Of a DNA stretch of 64,000 nt, positions 50,215-61,760 are shown piece by piece. The position numbers were made by a program, and so were the translations under genes. The DNA is from Catajapyx aquilonaris (taxonomy: Eukaryota), in NCBI GenBank assembly GCA_000934665.2, contig KZ538341.1, positions 1 through 64,000 on the forward strand, given 5' to 3'. Each line of letters opens with the position of its first letter. Position 1 is the first letter of the stretch. The notes under the pieces are model-generated. The model was not told the DNA's origin and searched no databases. It was given only the letters and a program-made list of their open reading frames with translations.

Positions 50215-52885
50215 NGGTCGGAGCGGATCCCCGCATTTTCAGGTGCAAAATGTTGCACATTTTTATTTCCGTGGGCATGCGCAGATGAGAGGTCAAGAGG
50301 AGCATCAATTTGAAGGTCACGAGCTTGTTTGTTGACTTCCCCCCCCCCCCCCCCCCCCCCCCCGGTTGATATTTGCGAGAAGGGAACGAAGACCACGTTG
50401 GTTATAAGCCTAATTTTAACACATCCTGTTAAGAAAGAGCTATAATAATTGCATGCGAATATTTTCATGCTTCTGTCATTCCGTCATGGTAATTTTGAGA
50501 CACACATTTTTGTGACAACATCATTTTTTGGTCCAACGCATTTTGAAAGACATCAAGTCTAAGACTAAGTCTAGTAAGAAAGCATGCAGACGGTGCAAGC
50601 CTGCACGAGTGAATGGGCCTCAGATCTTGTCACCTTGACAGACACACTCTAATCGGGTGATAGATATTAGGTGATGCTGAGGGAGGAGGTGGGGAGAGGA
50701 GGAGTATGATGTGGAGGGGGGCGTTGGATGGATATGTTATCAAGCTCTCTCTCGAGTGCGAATTGTGCGAGTGCATTTTGAGTCGTCTGGTGTTGAGATT
50801 GTGCAGTGTGCAAGTGGCTGGGGCTGTATGCCTCGTTGCGGATTCTCTTTGAAGTACAGTTTTTAGTTCGAAGGCGTGCGTGGGTGTGTGGGAGAGAGCC
50901 TGGGTGTGTGTTGTGTGGGTGTGTGTGGTGAGTGAGTGGGGGAGTGACGCATTGCGTGTGTTCCGAGGTAACGATTATCATTCCCTGCAGGCAAGGCTGC
51001 CACAGTGAGACCTAAAAGGTAAGCTGAGAAAGGATTCCATGTGTTTGCTAATTTGTCTTGAGACAGCGGAGAAATAATTGCACAAGACGTCGTGCATTTA
51101 ATTGGGCATGCAATAAAAGGATCTAGGTTGCAGTGCTTTGAGGACATTATAGCGCCGACTGGGTGAAGGAGGGTAAAGGTGCTGCTCGAGTGCTTCATTT
51201 CATCTGGCCTTATATAGGTTGCGCTTTCAAAGCGACTATAAACAACACTTGTTATGCCATGACGCTGCAGTGTCGTTGAAGAATAAATCACAGTTTCACA
51301 GTGGCTTGCGATGTAAGCACACGTTGCCTTTTTTACAGGGCCACTGTATAAGACTCGGCATTATGTGGGTACACAATACCTGAATCTATGGGTGGAACAT
51401 GAAGAAAATGCTACATTATACCAAGCAAATATATTTTTTTACATATTAGAAGACACAATATCAATATTTTTAAAGAGAAAAAAATCCGCCGGAATTCAAT
51501 TGCCGGTGTTTCAACTAGTTGCTGCAACTGTTTAACATTCACACTGTGTACTAAGAACATGATATGCCTGTGAGACTGTAACTAGACTGTTTTCAAGTAG
51601 CATGTTAATTACAAGTGCATTAAATGCAAAAGGGGGGGTTTCATCAATTTGTATTAATTATGAACCCGTCCTAGATTAGCACAAAATCCAAGTGACGTCC
51701 TCGCATGGCCCCGATTTGTAATTAATCTGCCTCCGAAAATTTTGCCTCATTACACAAGTGTCGAATCGGCAACGTTATATAGAGGCTCCACGTGTGTGTT
51801 GGACGTTCCCAACAATTTTTAAAGCATTAATGCACTATACAAAAAAAAATCGACTGTAAAATTTTACGGCACCGGAAGCTCTGTTTTCTCTCTCCAGGTA
51901 GTCAGAAATACCAACATGATTTATCCCCTGATTATATCTCGGGAGTTCATTGCATGTTGGCAGCGCGTAACTGCAAACTTAGGTGGCTCGCAGGCTAGTT
52001 CAACAACTTCTGGCGCCATCAGTTCTGCTAACTTAATATTGTATGTGAAAAGAGGAGGGTAAGTGATCAGTCGATAATTTTAACTTGTTTAGGCTGGGGC
52101 ACTCTATCTTTGAATTCTGATCGCCGTAACGGTGGGGGGTAATTACCCTCAATGTGCGTTTGAGTGTGAATTATTGACCTATTTTACCCCCAGTGGGAAG
52201 TAATGTTGCCTTGCAATTGATGTCCGATATGGAGGCTTATGGGTGCAATGCGGAGGTGGAGTAGAACCACGCCCCAGTTTGGTGGTCAATAGAACCCCCA
52301 ACTGATATCGACAAGGTCCCTAACTACTGGAAGCCGGGGCCTGCTCATCGGAATGTGAGATGTCGTGTGAAATGCTTTTCCATCGACCAGGCAGGCCCCC
52401 TTTCCCTTATATCCCAGCGAGGCACCTCATTTTATGACACACCGAATTAATTAACTATAGATCATCCTGAGGGGGCTACTGTTGCACTAGGTTTTATTGC
52501 ATACATTTACCATTCCATGGGAGACTGTTCAGTTCCACATTTTCAAGGGAGGACTAGGTTAATTCAACGACCGGCTCAGTATTATTTCAAATATGTGGCT
52601 GGGGTTTCAATTTCCATTCGAGTGTCTCGAAGAATGAAGCAGAATTCGAGGGGGACCGCCCCAGGATTCAGAACCTCGAAATGATTTCAGGACGGGAATT
52701 GGGGCCAGATGAAGAAGTGAGAGCCAGAATTTTTCTCCCATAGGCGGAGATATCGCGAATTGAAAATGGCTAAATGGCACTTTTCAATTTTGGAAGTAGG
52801 CACTAAAAACCTAGCTCATTATCAGACTTAATATAATGTCAATTCATTGTAGGCTACTGGAACACTGCTCCATTTTCAGTTTCCT

Positions 52886-53053
52886 ATATGTGGACACTGT
52901 GTAGATTTTATGACTTTTATTTATTTATTTTTTGCTAATGTTAAGAAGTGCGAGCAATTTCAATTTTTAGCACATGACTAAAAAATTGAAATCATTCGCA
53001 CTTTTTACTTAAGCAAAAAATTGAAGTCATAAGATGTGCTCAGTGTCCCCATA
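52886..53053. repeat. Long imperfect foldback (old palindromic MITE-like element)
   Basis: GGACACTG..TTATGACTT..TTTTTTGCT..AAGTGCGA..ATTTCAATTTTTAG pairs with CTAAAAAATTGAAAT..TCGCACTT..AGCAAAAAA..AAGTCATAA..CAGTGTCC around a short loop. Confidence 0.75.
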
Positions 53054-56000
53054 CACTATTTGAAATTGACATTTCCCACGGAAATATATCGTAATGAATG
53101 ATAATGCAGAGCTCAGGAGACATTTTTGCAGCTTGTCCACAACATGACGGATTATGTAGGACAATGCCGGAATATTGTGAGATTTTTTATCTGAACTATC
53201 AGAGGTGACGAAATTGCTTCGTAAACAACCCTCCCACTACGCCAAAAATATTTGAAGCCAAGTCTCTTTTTCTTGGAGTGTTTGGAAGCAAAGAGATGGA
53301 ACTGTACCAAAGTAGGAACACACTGGACAGTAAATAGGAACGGGAGAGATAAACATTATGAAACCATGACATAGTGATGATACTCTATCAAACGTACAAA
53401 AGAAATGGGTCACCAGCAGACGATATCGGGAACAAAGTGCACTGGAAATTTTATTTTTCATTGACCACCAGGTTATATTTCGCCCCCTCTCTCCACTTGA
53501 CATTCTTCGCGGAACAAGCAAAAATAATAGATCCTGTGGGACCCTTGTGGGGGCTGGGAAAATTATTTCAGGGTTTATGGATTGTAAGAGGACGCGTAAT
53601 ATTTGTGCCAATAGTGTTCAGGTAGGGGGTTCGTCTAGTCCCATTTCGCATATTATGAAGGTTCACTTTCGTGATTCGAATTGGGGGGTGGCGATTTCTG
53701 GCTCTCTCAGGTCGTGCGAGGTAAAGGGTCAGAACTGAATCAGTTTTGGGGTGGCCTTTGAAAGGCTCTCAAATCGCCCCCGAGGAACTGGGCCAGTATT
53801 TTCTCCCAAATAACGATCCCCAGCACCCGTTTTGGTGGAGTGAGTACTTTACACAGTACGGTTTAAACGAGGGGGGAGAGGATGAATACAGACCGCACAG
53901 AAATGTACTGTATTAACGTCACGTACGGACTAGAATTGGCACAGGCGCGGAAATTTTAACACAGGCCGTCAGTGCGTGGCCCAGATAACGATGGTGGGGA
54001 TATGACTATTGAATCCAGTGAAGTGTGTTGCAGTCGTGAACATTTTTGCTCATGTGTCAGAATTAATTCTGACAGCTCATCGCCTCAATGTGAGCTGTAA
54101 AACTGGGGCAAGGGCTATTTGTTACTATGATGTTTCCCCCTGACCTCTCAGGTATAGCAGTTATGCGGCGTCACTTGGCATGCAATGTACAGGACAAAAT
54201 TGGGACTGTGTAATGAGGTATTTAAATTTATTTCAAGGCGTGGCAGGGATCAGCAGCATTTGCAAAGTTTATTGTCAATAAATATTTGTTACGATACCGA
54301 CACTTGAAGTGTGTTAATCCTCTCTGCAGTCTGGCGTAAATGACAAATATGTGGTGTTTTATCGATTTCACTGTGCAGTGTTACTTCACACTGCATATGA
54401 GCAGACAGTAAAACGGGACAGGATGAGCGTGAATATTTTGTCGCTGCCAACGTAAATGTCTAGACTTGTCTGTGGGATTTATTGGATTATTTACACTTTT
54501 GCGTTTAGTGTCTGCAGATTATGCAGCTGTCTAAATACCCTTAGCGTCTCCCAGGATTTCATTTACAATTAGGCAGAAGAGAAAGGATAAATCTTAATCA
54601 GATCCTCGAGCACGAATATACCTGAGGTTTATTACATGATCAAGAAGCAGTCTCATGTTCACAGCAGCTTGAGAAGATCTGGCCGCGAGTTTTATTATCT
54701 TCTTTATAGACTCCTAGTGAAATACTTATGATAGGTTTTCCCCTCCTGCCCCTTTCTCCAGGACATTATTGATAACTTGCATTGGTGTAATGTGATGGGA
54801 AAATGCACATTCGTGCAAAATGGGGGCTCTGTGGGTACCAAATGGTGCCATACGAATTGTCATTCCAGAAGTCTGAAAGGACGGTGTGGCGGAGAGAGAA
54901 AAAAGGAAATACGAGAACGACGAATGACACAAAGACTTGTCAGATGTCTTTTTGTGTGACTTGCGGATATCGCAGATTGCTGTGCACAATCGGTTTGGCG
55001 ATTGAAATGAAAAGGGGGGGGCTCTCTCAAGATCAATAAGGAGCAAGAATTCAAGGTCTACGTTCAAGTTAGGGACTACCAAGAGAATGAAAAAAAAGAG
55101 TATGGAGCAAAAATAAAATAAAATGTAATCATAATATGAAGATGGCCCCATGGCGGTAGGTCGTCAGTCATGTGCTGCATTGTTGTCTCCATGCAGGCGA
55201 GCTTGTCGCAGTGAAGGGAACCAAAAGGCTTACCGAGGAGGATCTGCTGTAGCTTCTCCAACATAAAAGGCACGATCGTTGTCCTGCAGGATACGGATGT
55301 GTTGAAGCAGTAAAATTATGCACTGCAGTTGTTCTCCGCATTTCGTCTTTTTTAGTCCATTATGTATAAGCATATCATGCAAATCAGCAGCATGCTCGTG
55401 TTTAGATTGACGAAATTACCAATTAAGCCATTGGAAAAGAGGTATTAGGATTTTATTAGAGTTACTGCATATTTTGCTGTTAAGCCTCGTTTACTTTGTA
55501 AGGAATGCAGGAGAAATTAATATTTTTAGCAATGTTCTGCAAAATACGCCAAATTTTCAAAGTGCTCTTGGGGCGGTCCGGACTGATTTATTTTTAATGT
55601 GCAGTTATAACTGCTTATAATCCCATGAAATGTGTGCGCAGTAAGAAGTGGCCTGGTCGTCTTCACTGTATAGCGACAAACTTACGTATTAAACTATATT
55701 CTTCTATTCATTTGACCCTGACACAGTTTCACGACATGTCTGCAGTCTCGAAAAAGTTTTCTGTCCTGAGTGGGATTATCTGCTGTTTTTTTAAGATTTT
55801 TTTATATAACTTATATGAGAATGCATTGGCTTACTTCAATCGTAAAGCTTACAAAAAGCCATACACACACACAAAGTTTTGTATCGGTCTAGCAGTTTGT
55901 TGCGAATGGAATTTCCACATCCCATGGTGGTTCCTTTTGACCGGATCAATAGTGGATCGCAGTGCTTCTGCCCTGCACAAGGCACGTTTTTATCCCTTCT

Positions 56001-59000
56001 TTCTCTGTATAGGTTTTCCTCAAAAATGTCAAAAGACTAGTGGGAAAGCCAAACACGATGGACTTTTGTCTCATTAGTTACACGCGATGTGTGCTCAACT
56101 TCTTTACGCTCGTGGACTTGATCGAGTTCTGTTCATTCAGCAACCAGTTTGAATGTTAAGTACTAGTTGTAGGTGTATAGAAATGTAATTTGTTCTGCGT
56201 ATCTACAACTAGTGTTTATTTGTTCCTTCCCAGGGTCACTACGATGTTTTCCGACGGCACCACATCTTAGCAGCAACTTCAGGAAGTGTGTTACCTCCTC
56301 CATCAATGGGCATGGACTGAGGCGACCTCTCTCCTTCACTTTGGTTAGGTAAGTTGGCTGACCTGACTGACCTCCGAGGTCGCTCCGGATGGCCTCACCT
56401 ATCCTTGCCCGACCTCGCGACTTCGAGGCTTTCTGTTTCTGTCGTCGTCTGGTTGTCATGGGAATTGAATATGGCAGGTTGCAAAATGATGTCCCGCAAT
56501 GGGCTATGGTCGATATTGTCGAAAAAACGATATCTTAAAGGAGACCACGGTGAGAAAGGGACATCGTTTGTGTGGGAAAAAATTACGCTAGTGTTAATTA
56601 TTACAAATGAATGAGGATGTAGTAAGGAGTAATGTTGTAAAGCATTTGGACGAATCCGACCTGGTTCGATTATTATCAAGTCTCGTACCATCGGACCTGA
56701 CATATTTTTAAATCCCCGCAGCCGACTGAAAGCTCTTGGAACAAGTGGATTGTTTGGTTAGGCGATAGCGAGATAGGCTCTTAAGAAAGGCTGTGTGCTA
56801 TATTCGCGATCACGTGTGGGGGCCGGAAATCAACTTTGTTGGCGACGAGAAGTAAACAGTAGTTGGACAAAGGCGTGTTCGGAAAGTCAAGTCAATGAAG
56901 TTTTAGGCAACTTAACTTGGGTTGGGATTTGCTCAACTCCGCCAAGGTGTGAAGGTGCTAGCTATTGGTGTATAGCTGCATCAGGTAGTGCAATTGAAAT
57001 TACCTGCTCGTTGAAACAAAGTAGGCTATTCATAATTCAGGTCATGAAATACTGCGGCAGACTACAGTATCAAAACTGTACGCACTGTACGTATAAAAGC
57101 CATACGCTACATATAATATAGCGTTGTAGAGATATACTGCAGATCCTTTTCGAAAGGTCATGTTCAACATTTGGAACTGATGCTTATGAATTGGGCAAAT
57201 TAGGCAATCACATAAATGACTGAACTACACCTAGATGTTTTCACTGGCAAATGATATCCTAGAAGCTTGTCAGTTACGTGACATTATAAATGGGCTATCT
57301 ACTTTGCTAGTTGACATTGAGACCTGATTTTTAAAAATTAATCTAATCATAGGGGCGGGAAAAGGGGGCGAGACACTTCCTGAAGGTAAATAAATTACTC
57401 CTGAACCGTTATTACAGGTTACATTGCACCGTTATGGTAATTTTTGCAGACAATTTCTACAGTTTTTTGTTACGAAAAATTCAGGTTCGATTCGAAATAC
57501 AGAACTTTTTGTCCCAATTAACACTCTTGCTGTTAAGCAATTTTACATGCCTATAGGCAACGTTGTTAACACCTTTCACCCCCCAATTACTAGGGATGCT
57601 ACAGATTTCATGTTGTGTACTGTGTAATGGTGGGTTTGAACAGGTATAATTAGGGGGCATTTTCAAACATTTCCTCGACCCCAGACGAGCTTTTCCCTTT
57701 CGTGCCGTTAGATGGTGTTGCGGCCTCAAGGCAGGGCCCTCCAGCTCTCTGTTGAACGAATTTGACACGGAAATGAAACGAAAAAGTGATAAAATTAGAC
57801 AGGATTTGCCAACCTGGTGGATATATAGGGAGTTCTTTTTCCCTTCTCCCCCCCCCNCCCCCCCCCCCCTCTTTTTTTTTTGTTCTAAACGAAGCCTTGC
57901 ATGACAGCTGCGGCTTCCGAGCGTGACAAATTGTGACGTATGGATCTACATTTTAACCATTCGCTTAGCAAGGTAATGCGAGTCCCCCTTTTGATGGCGG
58001 AGAAACCAACCTCTATGTACTGTATCGAATACCGGAGCTCTTTGTGATTGAATACGTCCAAAACTGAATCTGACAGCTTTTTAGTAATTTCCAAGAACTG
58101 CCCACTCGAGAAGTTTTGTATGCCGCAAAAGGGTGCGATTGGTGGTCAGTTTCTAGCCAAAAAAAAAAAATTATTATCTGAAAGTTGAAACGCAATAGCA
58201 CTGAAATAGGTATGTTTGGTAGTAGGATACTCCCTATCCTATACCTCAGGCAATGTTTGTTGATTATAGCTGATGGTTTTAATATCAGGAAGGAAGACAG
58301 TAAAAAATAGAGGAAGCTCGAAATGTGCTCTCTCTGGTGCAGCAACCTGCTATCGGAAATCCGTAACGCAACCTAAGATCTCTTCTATCCGGACCCAGCA
58401 CTCGCGCTCTGTCCATTTATTTGCCCAACATTACAAAGCTCTCCTACTCCTCCTCCAAAAAAAAAAAAAAAAAAAAAAAAATTGGTTAACGTCCCAGTCC
58501 TTAGCCCCAGCCATTTTGACAGCAGTAATCTCTGGGGGTTGTACATTCGTCCCGGTTTTACTATCCTTGGGTCTAAATAGGACGATATACGGGTTGATTT
58601 ATGGATGCTTATCCTGCCTCGAGTGGTGAGTGGACCAAAGGAATGGAGTGTCAGCATATTTTTGTTGACTCTCCTCCATTACTTAGTGGAGGGGGCCAAG
58701 CAAGTGAGATGGCCCCGCCTTTGCTGCAGCACCAAGCTCCTTTTGCTCTCACCCCTTGGGCCAAGAGTAACGATTTTGCGAGACAGAATTTGCATGGCGG
58801 AGGAAAAGCATTCCCAAGTGCCCTTGGCCTCTGCAGATTTTCTGCCACTGTCCAGATTTTGCTATTGAAATCCCATTCTCGCGGGGGACATTTCGTCCGG
58901 CTACGTATTGTGTGCGTGGGCATTTTCATTTTTTTCTTTTCTTTTTATGTCGGCCAGTTGTGTCTGGGGAGAATGCTGAGGTGTCCAGAATGCCATTCTG

Positions 59001-59544
59001 AGACGGAGTTATGAATTTATGATTTTGCGGGTCGCAGGTGTGGCTTGCGGGAGAGGCGTCTTCAAAATGCCAGCTTGCAAGGCTTGACCTGTTCAGAACC
59101 GTCGGTAAAGGAAGTCGCGACGACTTTTTTTGTGTGTTCCGACACCCGATCCCTCGCGTGTAACAGAGTCACGGAAATTTACCCCTCAATTCAAAAAGGT
59201 GCGGTCAAGCTGGTACGTTTCCCACGTCTACAGTTCAAGTTTTTAAATATTTCAGCAACCGCAGTTTGTAAGCAAATAAATAATTAGGGTGATTATTGCT
59301 TCTCTTTTAATTGGGTTTCTTTATAGGTCAACAATTGATATTTTGCCCCAACTTAGCACAACCTGGTGCGCAGTGCACAGTTTGGCCGTTTGTCTTAATT
59401 ATACACGAGGAAGTCCTTCAGAGGCATAAATATAACCAGACTGCTTTAAAAGGGTTACATTAGAGGGAATCACTGACTCACTATACGAAATGATTATATT
59501 GAACAAGACATCATGATGGACCACACCCCTTCCTCATCCCATGT

Positions 59545-59640
59545 CCTGTAATCACCCTTCAACATCAATTCAACCACCAATCACACTTTCCTACAAATAA
59601 GACTATACTGCTTCTTTTCCACAGTTATACCAAAGGGAAT
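59545..59640 (+). mobile_element. Possible highly decayed LINE (CR1/L2-group) ORF2 C-terminal remnant
   Basis: Broken reading resembles NHP..IQP...FF(P)..IP.(W)N, the usual LINE ORF2 C-terminal motif. Very degenerate. Confidence 0.25.
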
Positions 59641-61689
59641 CCGAAGTATAGATTTAACAACAAATTAATAAAAAAAATGAGTTAGACAGAAATTTATAGG
59701 TTTTGAAATCAGTCCCATGATTTAGCATTGCAGAACTACTTGTATTTTTATTGCCTTTACACGATTACTATACTGACTAAACTCGTGGCAATAATCCCTA
59801 AACTGATCTCACTTGTCCCTATATATAAGAAGGCCTTTGCATGTGGTCGATCAGCAGATCCAGTATGGACCACTTAATTTACGATCAGAATATGGCGTGT
59901 ATCCGGCGCTAATATGCGTTATATGAAGTGCTACTTGTATCTCTAATCGAAAGGCCACTTCAGAACTCATTCATGCTGAATATTATGGCAGTTGTACATG
60001 ATTAATATTATTGAGTGCGTCGGGAGGGGCGCTGTGTAGCTTACATAAGAGCTGTTCGGTACTCTGCTGAAGGTTCATACATGGAAATTGATCCGTAATA
60101 TTTTCTTGGCCGTGTTTTAATTGGTCGTAAAATTGGATTGCATAAAGGTGCATGCTCCAGAAAGTGCGATCCTGTCTTTTATACGTAGGTGGGTGGAGAT
60201 GGTAAATGTCTAATTGGTGCGCTGAAATACTCGCTGGTTTGAGAATAATGTTGGTGGAGCTCGGCGGCGCCCCTCCCTGGAAACATGGCTCTTCGCCATT
60301 AATTTGCGCAGTTTAGTGGTTGGGGTCTTCGCTTAATTGTGGTAATCATTCAGGTATGCATGAGTGCACCTTGCAGGGCACGAAGTCTTCTGAACCCCTT
60401 TTCCGGCACCTTCCGTGCCATGGCCTTTTTTGGGGGGATAAATAGTGCGCTTTGTGTATACTAAGCATAAATGCGGAATGGGTTTACAATCTTTTTAACA
60501 ACCGGTCACATTGCGTGCCTCTGAACACTTGACAATATGGCAGTTTCAAGTTGTGTCAAGTTACACTATGGCATAGACCACTCAATGGTGAAAACTCGGG
60601 GATGGAGAGAGAGAGAGAGAAAAAAAAGCCTGATGTTCGGCTTTAGAATAGTGAAGGACACTGCAGTGAGTCTACCAAATGCTAGCGACACTGTCAACAG
60701 GGTGCTATGTCAATACATCTGGGGACAACAGGCGCATCGGGGCGGAATCGGATCCGAGACGTTGAGCGGTGTTGCCATCTTTGGGGGGAAAAAATTGGCT
60801 TCCCATAATGGTAAAAACCCTAGGAAAGTAGGAAAATCCTTGAGGTTCAGTGACCGTACCGGGCGTTACCATTCGTAAACAGGTATATGCATTTCACTCC
60901 GCTGATTGGAGTGAGCTCTTTCATTTGCTCCCGAATCAGCACAAAAGCGCCGAGGCCGGTCGGGAGTTCCAGGAAAACCTCACTTTATGCAGGTTAATGA
61001 AGGGATATACGGCCCCAGGCGAATGATAAGGCCCGCCGTGATGTGCACACACTACCCGGCTATATTCAATCGAAGAAAGTAATAACAGTAAGCCCTTCTG
61101 CAACCGGATTTTGCGGGACTGGTCGGTGGCCGTTCCGTCTTTTGGCTTCAGCAGTGGGTGGGGTCACCTTTCATATGCTTTCTGCGGTGTCGGAAGTGTG
61201 GCATGCAAAATCGAGTCATGCATTCCTTGCGAGCTGTACCAAAGTAATAAGCATACCTGGTGACGCGGCTGTTCTCTTCATTAGAGTAATGCAGGGTGTT
61301 TCAGATATATTTGCTGTCCGGCCAGGTGTGGCAGGGTCGAAAAGGACGTCTGGGACAGTGGGACTATGACGCCATCCGATGAAAAGAGAGGGGTCATTAG
61401 AGGCCCAAAGTCTTTTGTCACGTCCGTTACGCATGCCTTATCCGTGCTGGCACAATGGTAAAGGGCACGGGTCATCATATTGACAAGACGAATTCTCCAA
61501 TGGTTAATGAAATGACGCATGGTTAGACTGGCGACTTTGATCACGGCGGAATTCGGAGGAACTTATTTGCGCCGATTGTACCAAACATGAAAGACTCCAG
61601 TGTCTATGAGTTGGGTCGAGGTAACGGGGGAAGCGGGTCATGCTGTTTACTCGCCTCCCTCCATCTCGCGACTGAAGGGGCCCTCCACC

Positions 61690-61760
61690 CATTGCGCATG
61701 CGCAGAACGGCGGCCAATAGGAAGCATCGCGGTAACAGTATGCGGCGGACCAATCAGAAG
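61690..61760. promoter_or_regulatory. Motif cluster: perfect NRF1/Ewg palindrome plus two CCAAT boxes
   Basis: TGCGCATGCGCA at 61693-61704; GGCGGCCAAT (CCAAT at 61714) and GGCGGACCAAT (CCAAT at 61750) in a CpG-rich patch. Confidence 0.4.
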
